Positions 38,669 to 48,470 of a DNA stretch of 64,000 nucleotides are shown one piece after another. Positions within the stretch are counted from its first letter, which is position 1, and each line of letters starts with the position of its first letter. The notes under the pieces were generated by a model that was not told the DNA's origin, made no database searches, and saw nothing but the letters and a program-made list of their open reading frames with translations. Position numbers and translations under genes: made by a program. Source of the DNA: Patescibacteria group bacterium (GTDB taxonomy: Bacteria; Patescibacteriota; Microgenomatia; CAYGWK01); the NCBI GenBank assembly GCA_049322615.1, contig JBMORX010000002.1, positions 11,171 through 75,170 on the forward strand, read 5' to 3'.

Positions 38669-40213
38669 CTATTTTTGTGTAGCTGTCTCGGGAATAGGAA
38701 GCTCTCCTGTAGGTGGTCCCGCTACAGCACCGGTGCGCGTGCCGAATCTGGTTGTCCAGGCTTTTCCAATTTCTGTAGCGATTGAAATTCCACGCAATGC
38801 GTATTTTGGGGGTTCTCCCAAGGTTTCTCCAATCGCTGTTCCGTAGGCAAACGGTTTGCCGGCTAAAAATGCCTGAATCATATCAGAAACTTTAGGGGCC
38901 ATTAAGAGAATTACCATACCCATTAGTGGTAAAAGCATTATGCTAAAAAATTGCCAAAAAGAAGGGATGGGTCTGAATGCCTGAATCATTCCTACAAAAG
39001 AAACAATGGTGAAACCAAGCGAGGCCAGAAGAGGCCCTACACCTGGGATAAAGTTAAAGAGAAATATCATCAGCGTGAGAGGATTTGTAAAAAGCCCCAC
39101 AATTCCCACAAAAATAAGATAAGAAGAAAGGAAAAACATGACAGTCATGGTTGGTAGAACGGCTATGTTAGCCAGGGTATTTCTAAACCAATTTCCGGTC
39201 GCGTTACTCCCAGGCAAGACCCCCATCAAAATCAAAAACGGAGCAAAAATTAAGTTTACAATAATCATCGCATAAGCTTTAAGTAAAGTCCAGAGACAAC
39301 GAAGTAAGGCGATGAAAATAAGGATTACCACAATGATTCCAAATAGCCAGCCAACTGGTCCCATCAAAGAAACGGTAATAAGGGCCAAAGCGGGTATAAG
39401 ACTAAAGAAGACGAAATTTGTGTAGACGGTCTTAATCAATAACGGAGCGGAAACCCCAAATACAACGATATTTAGTTTATCTAGAGACTCAAATAACTTT
39501 CTAAATAAATCTCCTAAAGAGCCAAAATGGTTGATGTAAATATCCCTAAAGACTCCATTGATAAGATAAATTACCACATACATTAAATCAATCATAAAGC
39601 CCACAATAGCATAGGAGAAGGTGACGAGAATTAAGCCAATAACAATTCGGGGAAGAGCGGATTGGATAGTGATGACTGCTTGGGGGGAAATTTTTACCCT
39701 AAACATAATGGCGAAACCCATAAAGACAAAAATTAGGACGAACAAAACATAAGCGAGGTTGCGGAAGGCGGTCCAAACTGGAAGGATTTTTTCCATCGTC
39801 TGAAACCCGGCAGTTTGCCCTTGGGCGTAAGCAGGCTGGACAATTCCAAGCCGATTGCCTAAATAAGCCAAATATTGAACTCCTGAAGCAGGGGGAGAGG
39901 CGTAAATACCGGCAATAACCCCCCCCATCGATAGGATAAATCCAGGATTTTTTTGTCTTTCTTCGGCGGTACAACTAAAGCAACCAACAATAGAAGTGGC
40001 AATTGAGAAAGGTACTGCTTTTAGGGTTTCATTAACAAAACTTTGAAGATTCATTTCTGGGCTGGTGATTGCTTGTTCAAACTGGAATTGATAACTGGTA
40101 CCAGGAGTGGAGAAGGCGAGGGCGGATTTGGGCAATATCGCAATATAGCAATAGAGCAATATCGCAAAGAGAAAAGCAAGGCCGGCTTTACTTAAAAATT
40201 TAGGCAGGAACAT
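38669..40213 (-). CDS. VirB6/TrbL-like polytopic membrane protein
   Basis: W..FRNLAY.LF...F...G..IMFR, LP.IV..LIL.TFSY.I.G..ID, I..P..I.....PG....W. Confidence 0.7.
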   Translation of the reverse strand: MFLPKFLSKAGLAFLFAILLYCYIAILPKSALAFSTPGTSYQFQFEQAITSPEMNLQSFVNETLKAVPFSIATSIVGCFSCTAEERQKNPGFILSMGGVIAGIYASPPASGVQYLAYLGNRLGIVQPAYAQGQTAGFQTMEKILPVWTAFRNLAYVLFVLIFVFMGFAIMFRVKISPQAVITIQSALPRIVIGLILVTFSYAIVGFMIDLMYVVIYLINGVFRDIYINHFGSLGDLFRKLFESLDKLNIVVFGVSAPLLIKTVYTNFVFFSLIPALALITVSLMGPVGWLFGIIVVILIFIALLRCLWTLLKAYAMIIVNLIFAPFLILMGVLPGSNATGNWFRNTLANIAVLPTMTVMFFLSSYLIFVGIVGLFTNPLTLMIFLFNFIPGVGPLLASLGFTIVSFVGMIQAFRPIPSFWQFFSIMLLPLMGMVILLMAPKVSDMIQAFLAGKPFAYGTAIGETLGEPPKYALRGISIATEIGKAWTTRFGTRTGAVAGPPTGELPIPETATQK

Positions 40214-40287
40214 AATGAAAATTTCTAATTTCTAATTGACCTAATTTTATTTAATTAAACTCTAGCAAAAAGAAAAAGCCCTGTCAA

Positions 40288-42942
40288 TTATTTTTGGTAA
40301 GGCGTTAAAGTTCGAATCAGCCATTGTTTAGCAAGTTGTATCCCCCCAAGATAAGGGAAATAAAATTTTCCAACACCTGGAGTAACGCTTCCTCCAATTG
40401 GAGGGCTGGTATCCTTGTAAGAATAACTTACTTGACTGGCAGCATCGATATCGACAAATTTTGGCACACCATAAGGTCGAAAAATATTAAAAACTCCACT
40501 TAGGGGATTGCCGGTTTGATTCCAAATTGTTCCAAGATAGGGATGGGAAAGGGCAACCCCAATTTGGCGGTTAACGCCTTTTTCCTTTTCCTCATCGCAC
40601 TTATCATGACAAATATATCCTGTTGGGTCGCATTCAATTTCTTTTCCGCAAGGAAGATAGTCTTCGTTGATAAATTGATCAGTGGCTGAAAGAGAAATTT
40701 TGATTGGAGACTGGCAACAAAGATCATCCGCAGGATTGGAATCGGTGATTGCCGTCTTTTGACAGAGGTTAACCGGTCGAGGTTCGGGCAAACCGCAGGT
40801 TGGACCAGGAGGTTTAGGTGGTCCGCCAACAAATTCGCAGCCATCGGCAGTGAGCCTGATAGAATAGGTGGCGGAAAACCGAAAATTTGGGACAACCACA
40901 TCAGAGCGAAAATTAAATGAAGGACCGGAAAGGATATCGCCAGGCTTACCGGCAACGCTCCAAGAAGGAGCAACAAGATTGGTGCAGGCATCTGAATTCG
41001 GGCAAGTATGCCAATATTCTGAACCAATGTGAATGGAAATATCGGATAATCCTGGAGCATTTGTCAGACTGACAATGGCGTTTACGGTATAGGTATTTCC
41101 GCTTTTTGAGCATGAGCCACTGGCTTCAAAGCCTGGATTTGGAGGAGGAAGGTTGGCTTCGGCTAAAGAGGTTTTTTCTCCCAAAACTTGCTTGGATTTT
41201 GCCGGGAAAAGGGTTTTTTGAATGGTGCCCCCGGTTTCATAAAGCCTAGCCACATGGGGAACTTTTTCGATTTGAGCTTTAGGATTTAAGATTTTAAACT
41301 CATCATCGCGTTTTCTGCCGAGATAAGGATTTATATTTCCTGGGGTATCTTCTCGAGAAGCCATTGACATAACCTGCCAGAGATTAAACCATTTGCCACC
41401 ATCGGATTTTTTCCAAGCATCCCATTTTTGAGCATAATCTTTATCGCTTGGGTCAGGAGGAAAATGGCTTATGAGCAGAGAAAGTGTTGCTTCAGCGTCT
41501 CCGGTTGCCCAGGTGCTGACTTTAATCGGCGAAGCGAGATTAAAAAGACTAAAGGCAGTTTTTGCGGCCCAGAATTTTGTGGTATCATTGGTGAAAACGC
41601 AAAAATGGGTGAATTTTGCGGCGCCCTCAACAACCGGCAGACCAATTTTAGTTAAGACAGCCAGAAAGGCGTCGGTTATAAATGGAAAATCCCAGCACAG
41701 TCTTCCTTGGTAATTTAGTTTATAATCATGAATTCCTCCCTCGCCGATTTTGCCTTTGGTGGTGGCGACGGCGCGGTTTACCAGCTGTTTTTTGAGTTGA
41801 TTTTGGTACTCCATTGGCGAAAGTTTCCGCCAGACTCCGGCATGATTAACCCAATCTAGCCAGTATTTTTCGTAATTCTTGTAATATTCATTTGTCCCCT
41901 CAAAATAATCAGCTAGATATTTTTGTTCGTCCTCTTGTTGTTTCTTGCCAACAAAGGGAATTTTTACTTCCGAAGGGTCAATCGTAATCTCTCCTCCCCA
42001 AGTTCTTTCAAGCCAAGGATTGCCCTCGCAGGAAGTGCCAGCCTCTGAACGGCGATATTTTACCGAGTCGGAAACAGTAAAACCTTCGGCACAGGCAGGA
42101 GTCATTTTATTTGTTTGGTTACAGGCATCGCAGCGAACTGGTCTGGAGGTGCGATCGCCAGAATTTGAATAGTCACAAGTTTGTGGCGGTGAAACTGTTG
42201 GTTTTTGAATACTCATTGCTTTAAGAAGAAGTTCACGGGTTTCGGCTGGGAGATCTTTCCACCAGTCATTGAGCCAGCGTGGATCCAAAAAGGTGCCAGT
42301 ATCCCGGATAGCCACTAGGATTTCATTCCCAATTGCTTCACCAATTTTCATTCCCGCCATAAGCGCTGGTAACTCATCTCTACCTGCTTGATTCAACTGG
42401 TTGTAGTAAGCAACAAGAGCAGGATCAACCCGAATATTTTCAAGATAAAGAGTATAGCCAGCAACAGCAATATTGTCGTCAGGAGTGTATTTTAAAGTAA
42501 TGCTATTTTGGTCGGCGTAGATGACGAGAACTTCGTATCCACCGCCAATGTCGTAACCTGAATTCGGCACCAAAATTGCCTGATTAGCGTTAGTGGAAAA
42601 ACCAACTAAAGTGGCAAAATCAGCAGGAGCATCGTCAGGTTTTTTAATACCACCGATTTGATAAAGGCTCGTGACAGAAGGAGCAAGATTCCCCTCAATA
42701 AGAGTATTAAATTGAGGTGCCCTCGGATCAGTTTCATGTTGGAAGTTAATGAAATTCAAATTTCCAGAAATTGACTTATAACCAAGGATATCCAAATTCC
42801 AGTCGGGATTGAGTTCAGAACAACTACTATAATCTGATGAGGGGGTACAGGCAGCGTAGGCGGGGAAAGTAAAAAGTAAAAAGTAAAAAGTAAAAAGTAA
42901 AATTGAAATTACTATATTCGGATTAATTCGGATTATTTTCAT
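40288..42942 (-). CDS. Large secreted Cys-rich protein of the T4SS-like locus
   Basis: Signal peptide ending PAYAA and many Cys pairs. Start set at MKIIRIN. Confidence 0.7.
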   Translation of the reverse strand: MKIIRINPNIVISILLFTFYFLLFTFPAYAACTPSSDYSSCSELNPDWNLDILGYKSISGNLNFINFQHETDPRAPQFNTLIEGNLAPSVTSLYQIGGIKKPDDAPADFATLVGFSTNANQAILVPNSGYDIGGGYEVLVIYADQNSITLKYTPDDNIAVAGYTLYLENIRVDPALVAYYNQLNQAGRDELPALMAGMKIGEAIGNEILVAIRDTGTFLDPRWLNDWWKDLPAETRELLLKAMSIQKPTVSPPQTCDYSNSGDRTSRPVRCDACNQTNKMTPACAEGFTVSDSVKYRRSEAGTSCEGNPWLERTWGGEITIDPSEVKIPFVGKKQQEDEQKYLADYFEGTNEYYKNYEKYWLDWVNHAGVWRKLSPMEYQNQLKKQLVNRAVATTKGKIGEGGIHDYKLNYQGRLCWDFPFITDAFLAVLTKIGLPVVEGAAKFTHFCVFTNDTTKFWAAKTAFSLFNLASPIKVSTWATGDAEATLSLLISHFPPDPSDKDYAQKWDAWKKSDGGKWFNLWQVMSMASREDTPGNINPYLGRKRDDEFKILNPKAQIEKVPHVARLYETGGTIQKTLFPAKSKQVLGEKTSLAEANLPPPNPGFEASGSCSKSGNTYTVNAIVSLTNAPGLSDISIHIGSEYWHTCPNSDACTNLVAPSWSVAGKPGDILSGPSFNFRSDVVVPNFRFSATYSIRLTADGCEFVGGPPKPPGPTCGLPEPRPVNLCQKTAITDSNPADDLCCQSPIKISLSATDQFINEDYLPCGKEIECDPTGYICHDKCDEEKEKGVNRQIGVALSHPYLGTIWNQTGNPLSGVFNIFRPYGVPKFVDIDAASQVSYSYKDTSPPIGGSVTPGVGKFYFPYLGGIQLAKQWLIRTLTPYQK

Positions 42943-42958
42943 TCGGACAGATTCGGAT

Positions 42959-43258
42959 TCAGGGACCAATTTTAAATTGGGTAACGTCAACGCCGGTAAA
43001 AACTTTGATAAATTTTAAGATTAGCCAGATTCCAATTAAGAAAACTAAGCCTAAAATGGCGTAAGTAATAGTTTTTTGGGCAGATTCAGTTGCTTTTGGG
43101 TCTCCGCCTGAAGTTAAATATTTAAACCCGCCTAAAACAAGCATAATAAAGACGGCTAAAACAGCAAAATAGGTAACGATATTTAAAATCCGAGTAAAGA
43201 TCCACTCAAGATCTTTGAGTTGGGCAGGTTGCTTGCCAGTTGGATCAATCCAAGCCAT
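42959..43258 (-). CDS. TrbC/VirB2-like pilin
   Basis: GGFKYLTSGGDPK....AQK.IT.AILG. Confidence 0.85.
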   Translation of the reverse strand: MAWIDPTGKQPAQLKDLEWIFTRILNIVTYFAVLAVFIMLVLGGFKYLTSGGDPKATESAQKTITYAILGLVFLIGIWLILKFIKVFTGVDVTQFKIGP

Positions 43259-43402
43259 TACGAACTTAGTCTACTATGGGAAGAAGCGGGAAGTCAAGCC
43301 CAATTTATCCCGAGCAAAGCCACGTCTGACGTGGCAAAGCGAGGGACACAAAAAGCACTCCGGTTTACACCCAAGCCTTGCGAGGTGCCTCCGGCGTGCT
43401 TT

Positions 43403-43783
43403 TTAAATTGACGGAATCGTCAATTGAAGAATATCAACTCCAAAAAGAGTTTTAATTAACAAAATAATTGCCCAAGCGACAAAGATGATTACTAATCCCA
43501 CTAAGGCGGCGGTAATCTGATTGCGAGCAGCCTCCGTTCCAGCTTTATCGCCACCAGAAACAATCCAACGAATCCCACCGATGACGAGCATAAAGAAGAA
43601 TGCCAAGGCGGCGATAACTAAGATGAACCTGATAGCGGCGGCGACGACTCTTTCAACCGTGATTCCACAGAGAGGTTTCCATTTCTCTTCCTTCGGACAA
43701 AGTTCAATTTGGGCAAAGACCGGAGTGGCGGAAATAGCCATTCCTATGGTGGTTAACCAAAGCGAATTTAATATCTTTTTCAT
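43403..43783 (-). CDS. TrbC/VirB2-like pilin with signal peptide
   Basis: GGIRWIVSGGDK....AR..IT.ALVG. Confidence 0.85.
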   Translation of the reverse strand: MKKILNSLWLTTIGMAISATPVFAQIELCPKEEKWKPLCGITVERVVAAAIRFILVIAALAFFFMLVIGGIRWIVSGGDKAGTEAARNQITAALVGLVIIFVAWAIILLIKTLFGVDILQLTIPSI

Positions 43784-43843
43784 TCTTTCACCCCCTTTCT
43801 TTACCCGCCGCTCAAGCGCTCTTTAAAGTAAGCTTAGGCGGGC

Positions 43844-44185
43844 TTATTTTAAGATTAACGGTTCTAAATTAATTTGTAAAAGATTTATGCCAAAAAAATC
43901 ACCCAATACTTTCATTATAGCAAAAAGAGTAAAAACAAGCACTAGTCCAATGGCGGCGGTCGTCAGCTGACCTCTTACTTGCTCCATTTGCGCCTTGTCT
44001 CCACCTGAAGTAATATAGCGGATTCCGCCAATGACCAAGTAGAAAAAGGCAGCCAAAGAAGTGATAATTAAAAGAAGGGTAACAATATTGGGTAATATCT
44101 TTCCCAGGAATTCAATTCCAGTCCAGCCCCTAATTTTTTCCGAAAGGGCAGGATTGTAGATTGGGGTTGGCTCTGCGTTTGTCAT
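43844..44185 (-). CDS. TrbC/VirB2-like pilin
   Basis: GGIRYITSGGDK...E..R..LT.A.IG; ATGA overlap with the upstream stop. Confidence 0.85.
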   Translation of the reverse strand: MTNAEPTPIYNPALSEKIRGWTGIEFLGKILPNIVTLLLIITSLAAFFYLVIGGIRYITSGGDKAQMEQVRGQLTTAAIGLVLVFTLFAIMKVLGDFFGINLLQINLEPLILK

Positions 44186-44568
44186 TTTGTTTGCCAAATA
44201 TTAAGAATAAAAGTACCAGGCTGAAGGATTTTCAAACCCATAAGGGTGCCGAGAAGGTCTATCAAAAAGATGGCGGCAACGACAATTGCTAATCCAATGA
44301 TAGCGTTCATGATTCTTTTTTGGGCGTTTTCCACGGCGGCTTTATCTGCTCCAGCCGTTAGCCAACCAAAAGCCCCAATAATAAATTGAAAAATAAACCA
44401 AAGTCCGGCGGCAACAGTCAGGACGCCGACAATATTGGAGATGACTTTATTGAAAAGGTCGGCTGCTTTGTCAACGAATTGAGTAGCAAATTCGGCTGTC
44501 TTTCCGAGGGGACCAAGACCCTCCAGGGTTCCCAATTCTTCTCCTTTTTGAGCAAGTAAAGTAAACAT
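44182..44568 (-). CDS. TrbC/VirB2-like pilin
   Basis: GAFGWLTAGADK..VE.AQK.I.NAIIG. Confidence 0.85.
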   Translation of the reverse strand: MFTLLAQKGEELGTLEGLGPLGKTAEFATQFVDKAADLFNKVISNIVGVLTVAAGLWFIFQFIIGAFGWLTAGADKAAVENAQKRIMNAIIGLAIVVAAIFLIDLLGTLMGLKILQPGTFILNIWQTK

Positions 44569-44573
44569 TTATT

Positions 44574-44960
44574 TTAGAGTGGGCCCGGTGGACGCTTCCA
44601 GGGCTCTTCTAATCCCGGACCCCAAATCTTCGGTTTAAGAATTGCGGTGGCGTCTCCAAATAAAAGCCAGCCAAAAATTGCCGCCAAGACAAATGAGCCG
44701 GCGATAATTAAAAGCCCAACTAAAGATTGCCAAATTTTTGCCCAGGCTTTTTCCACTGATTTTGGCTCACCCCCGGCGGACATAAATTGATAACCAGCTA
44801 AAATTAAATTTAAAAACGCGTAAAGTCCAGCCCCAACGATTAAAAGTTTGATAATGGCATTCAAGAAAGGAATTAAGCCAGGAACGCCTTGTCCACCCAT
44901 TCCAATCCATTTTGAAATCCCAGGCGGTGGCTTGACTGGTCCGATGATATCGTCAGGCAT
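44574..44960 (-). CDS. TrbC/VirB2-like pilin
   Basis: AGYQFMSAGGEPK.VEKA..KI.QSLVG. Confidence 0.85.
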   Translation of the reverse strand: MPDDIIGPVKPPPGISKWIGMGGQGVPGLIPFLNAIIKLLIVGAGLYAFLNLILAGYQFMSAGGEPKSVEKAWAKIWQSLVGLLIIAGSFVLAAIFGWLLFGDATAILKPKIWGPGLEEPWKRPPGPL

Positions 44961-44962
44961 AT

Positions 44963-45274
44963 TTAAAGAGTTGATTTTAAAATATCAAGTCCGGTGACCA
45001 CCTCAATTAGTCGAATTAGCAAATATGATAAAAATATTAGTAAAAATCCAATTACGGCTGCGGTCACCGCTTGTTTTCCTTGTTCGGTTTTTTTCGGATC
45101 ATCTCCTCCTGCACCCATAATAATGCCAAATCCCCCAAATATCAAGAGCGCAAAAAGCAAAAGACCAGCCAGAATATAGACATTGGGAAGAAGAGTAGAG
45201 ATTAATTTTCCCAGATTGGGAAAAGTCTTCGCAGGAGCAAATTCCGTTCCGATATCAACCGCAAACGCTTTCAT
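44963..45274 (-). CDS. TrbC/VirB2-like pilin
   Basis: GGF.II.GAGGDDPK..EQGK..VT.AVIG. Confidence 0.85.
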   Translation of the reverse strand: MKAFAVDIGTEFAPAKTFPNLGKLISTLLPNVYILAGLLLFALLIFGGFGIIMGAGGDDPKKTEQGKQAVTAAVIGFLLIFLSYLLIRLIEVVTGLDILKSTL

Positions 45275-45348
45275 ATTTCCAGTCTAACAATTTTTGGCTT
45301 CCAGTGTCAAATTTTGCCTTTAAGTGATATAATATCCCCTAGCCGTAG

Positions 45349-46446
45349 ATGAACTATAAGCAGAGCTTGAAATCTTGCCCACTCGATTATAAGGAATATT
45401 TTCTTCCATACGCCCCAGAAGTAGACTCTTTTCTTGGTAATTTTTTTCAAAAAAAAATTAAAGAGGGAAACAAAATTGAGCCGATTGCTGGTGATGTCTG
45501 GCGCAAGCTTCAAGGATTTATCAAGGGTGGGAAAAGGATTCGGGGAGGATTAGTAAGACTTGGATATGAATGTTTTGGTGGCAAAAAAGAAAGGGCAATT
45601 TTACCAGTTTCTGCCGCAATCGAAATTACCCATGGAGCTATTTTAGTTCACGATGATATTATTGACCAAAGCATTTTGCGTCATGGTCAGCCGACGGTTC
45701 ACAGACGATATCAGCGCTATCACCAAAAGCACTATCAAAAAGGAGACCCTCGTCATTATGGAGAAAGTATGGGGATCTGTGTTGGGATTGCTGGTTATTA
45801 CGGAGCAATTTCTCTTCTTGCTCAAGCAAAATTTCCTGAAGACTTAAAAATAAGAGCCACCCAAGAGTTGGCTCGGTTTATGATGGAAACAGGTTATGGA
45901 GAGACACTTGATATCGATTTTGCCTGTCGAGTAGAAATCTCCGAAAAGGAGATCTTAACCATTCACACCCTAAAATCTGCTCACTATACCATTGTCGGTC
46001 CTCTAAAAATTGGGGGTATTCTGGCAGGAGCAAGAGAAAAACAGCTTAAGAAATTTGAGGATTATGGAATTCCTGTCGGTATCGCCTTTCAGCTTCAAGA
46101 CGATATTTTGGGAATTTATGGCAGCGAAGAAGAACTGGGAAAGCCAATTGGTGATGATATTAAAGAAAGGAAAAATACTCTTTTATACACCCAGGCGTTA
46201 AAAAAGGGAAACCAAAAACAGCGGAAAAGACTTGCGAGTTTGTGGGGCAAAAAAGATATTACCCCAAAAGAAGTTGAAGAAGCAAGAAAAATCATTAAAC
46301 AGACTGGTTCACTTGAATATTCGCAAAAATTAGCCAAAAGATTGGTGGAAAAAGGAAAAAAAGCCGTACCAAAAATTACCAAAAACAAAAATCTTCAAGA
46401 AGTTTTCCTAAGTTTAGCTGATTTCATAATTGAGCGAGAGAAATAG
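45349..46446 (+). CDS. Trans-polyprenyl diphosphate synthase
   Basis: GGKRIRG, LVHDDIID..RHG, AFQLQDDILG, GK..GDD..E.K.T. Confidence 0.93.
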   Translation: MNYKQSLKSCPLDYKEYFLPYAPEVDSFLGNFFQKKIKEGNKIEPIAGDVWRKLQGFIKGGKRIRGGLVRLGYECFGGKKERAILPVSAAIEITHGAILVHDDIIDQSILRHGQPTVHRRYQRYHQKHYQKGDPRHYGESMGICVGIAGYYGAISLLAQAKFPEDLKIRATQELARFMMETGYGETLDIDFACRVEISEKEILTIHTLKSAHYTIVGPLKIGGILAGAREKQLKKFEDYGIPVGIAFQLQDDILGIYGSEEELGKPIGDDIKERKNTLLYTQALKKGNQKQRKRLASLWGKKDITPKEVEEARKIIKQTGSLEYSQKLAKRLVEKGKKAVPKITKNKNLQEVFLSLADFIIEREK

Positions 46447-46872
46447 ATGAAAATTGGTCATTTTGATAATTTTATTATCTTAGTAACGGGAATCTTGCGC
46501 GATAAAAAGGGAGAGATTCTTTTAATCAAACGAAGTAATAAAAATAAAACCTTTAAGGGGTTTTGGCAGCTGCCTGAAGGAAAAATTGAGTTTGGCGAAC
46601 AACCAGAGAAGACATTGGCTCGAGAGTTGAAGGAGGAGCTTGGTTATCGATTGATTAGTGCTCGGTCAGTAACCGCAAATTCAGCGGTGGTAGTTTTTCA
46701 GGGGGTCTCTTACCATGTTTTGAGAGTTGTTTTGGAAGCAAAATGGAAAGGAAAAATTACCCTAAGTGATGAACATCAAACTTATCGATGGGTAAGTATT
46801 AATAAAGCCCTTAAAATGCCTAACCTAGTTGATGGAACGAAGGAGATCTTATCAACCCTGAAACCTGTCTAG
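46447..46872 (+). CDS. NUDIX hydrolase
   Basis: W.LPEGK.E.GE.....L.RELKEELG. Confidence 0.9.
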   Translation: MKIGHFDNFIILVTGILRDKKGEILLIKRSNKNKTFKGFWQLPEGKIEFGEQPEKTLARELKEELGYRLISARSVTANSAVVVFQGVSYHVLRVVLEAKWKGKITLSDEHQTYRWVSINKALKMPNLVDGTKEILSTLKPV

Positions 46873-46882
46873 AGAGGAGTAA

Positions 46883-47728
46883 ATGGAAATTGTTGTTGGG
46901 AAATATGCGGGTTTTTGTCCGGGAGTTAAAAGAGCCTGGGGTTTAGTGGCAAAAACAGTTCAGGATTCTCCTTCCCCCATTTTTATTTTAGGAGAATTAA
47001 TTCATAACAAACAGGCAATTTGGGAATTAGAAAGTTGGGGAGTCAAAGTGGTGGAGAATTCAGATGAAGTCAAAGATAAAACTGGAATCTTGGTGATCCG
47101 CGCTCATGGCGAGCCACCCCAAACTTATCAAAAACTTGCCAAAATAAAAAAGATTAAAGTGGTCAATGCGACTTGTCCAAATGTTACCCGGGTGCAAAAA
47201 CTAGCTTCTCAACTGGAAAATGAAGGTTTTAAGGTTTTTGTTTGTGGCGAGAAAGACCACCCCGAGGCTCAAGCAACCGTTGGTTATACTAAAAAGGGAG
47301 AGATTATCGCCTCATTGGAGGAAGCTAAAAAAGTTGCCTCTACAGAAAAAATTGGCGTTTTAGCCCAGACTACTTTTTCTCCTTTGGTTTTTAAAAAAAT
47401 TTGTCAAATTCTCAAGAAAAAATGCCAACAATTTAAATCTTTAGGGACAATTTGTAATTTTACCCAGCTGGCGCAAAAGGAAGCCAGAGAGATTGCCAAG
47501 AAAGTAGATTTAGTTATTGTCGTTGGCGGAAGACAAAGTTCAAATACAAAAAGACTGGCAGAAGTGGCTGGAGAAATTGTTACGACTTACCACATCGAAA
47601 CTGCTGCCGAGATTAAAAAAGGGTGGCTAGCTGGAGTAAAAAGGGTCGGCCTTTTGGCTGGCGCCTCGACTCCTGATTGGATTATCAAGGAGGTGAAAGA
47701 AAAACTATCGCTTGGGGTTGCAGTTTAA
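46883..47728 (+). CDS. ispH: HMBPP reductase IspH (LytB)
   Basis: GFCPGVKRA, LIHN, IRAHG, ATCP.V, HPE, QTT, TICN.T, SSN, AGASTP. All three Fe-S cysteines are present. Confidence 0.95.
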   Translation: MEIVVGKYAGFCPGVKRAWGLVAKTVQDSPSPIFILGELIHNKQAIWELESWGVKVVENSDEVKDKTGILVIRAHGEPPQTYQKLAKIKKIKVVNATCPNVTRVQKLASQLENEGFKVFVCGEKDHPEAQATVGYTKKGEIIASLEEAKKVASTEKIGVLAQTTFSPLVFKKICQILKKKCQQFKSLGTICNFTQLAQKEAREIAKKVDLVIVVGGRQSSNTKRLAEVAGEIVTTYHIETAAEIKKGWLAGVKRVGLLAGASTPDWIIKEVKEKLSLGVAV

Positions 47729-47759
47729 TTAATTAAAGTGGTAAAATTAGAGATTGAGG

Positions 47760-48470
47760 ATGGTAAAAACAAAACTTGACCAAAACCATATTCCCAAACA
47801 CATTGGGATTATTATGGATGGAAACCGGAGGTGGGCTGCCAAAAAGGGATTAACAATAAACCAGGGGCATGAGGCAGGAGTTAAAGCCTTGGTAAAAATT
47901 GTTGAGCACTGTTTGGATTTAGAGGTTAAGACCCTGACGGTTTATACCCTATCCACGGAAAACTGGCGAAAAAGAGCCAAAGAAGAGGTCAAAGGTATCT
48001 TTGATTTGTTGATAAGAGGAGTTGAAGAGAAAAAAGAGGAGTATAAGAAAAAAGGGGTTAAGGTGGCGATTTTGGGCGATTTTCAGGCATTTCCTCGAAA
48101 AGTTGTTCGGGCAATTGAAGAAATTTTAAAGATTGTTAAAGAACATGAGAGACTTAAGGTAAACTTGGCTCTAAATTATGGCGGTCGGGATGAGATTTTG
48201 CAGGCAGTTAAAAAAATTATTGGTGAGGGAATCCCCCCAGAGAAAATTAATGAAGAGACATTCGGTAAATTTCTTTACACTAATGGTGAACCAGATCCAG
48301 ATTTAATTATCCGCACCGGCGGAGAAATAAGACTTTCAAATTTTTTGCTTTGGCAGATGTCTTATTCTGAACTTTATTTTACCGATACCCTCTGGCCTGA
48401 TTTTAGCCCGAGAGAACTGGATAAGGCAATTGCCGAATATCAGAAAAGAGAGAGAAGATTTGGGAAATAG
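47760..48470 (+). CDS. uppS: Undecaprenyl diphosphate synthase
   Basis: PKHIGIIMDGNRRWA, STENW.R, NYGGR.EI, DLIIRTGGE.RLSNFLLWQ. Confidence 0.96.
   Translation: MVKTKLDQNHIPKHIGIIMDGNRRWAAKKGLTINQGHEAGVKALVKIVEHCLDLEVKTLTVYTLSTENWRKRAKEEVKGIFDLLIRGVEEKKEEYKKKGVKVAILGDFQAFPRKVVRAIEEILKIVKEHERLKVNLALNYGGRDEILQAVKKIIGEGIPPEKINEETFGKFLYTNGEPDPDLIIRTGGEIRLSNFLLWQMSYSELYFTDTLWPDFSPRELDKAIAEYQKRERRFGK

Noticed and set aside
28105-45274. Prophage or classical ICE
   Set aside because: No integrase, relaxase, terminase or capsid genes and no att repeats were seen. The locus is interleaved with core genes.
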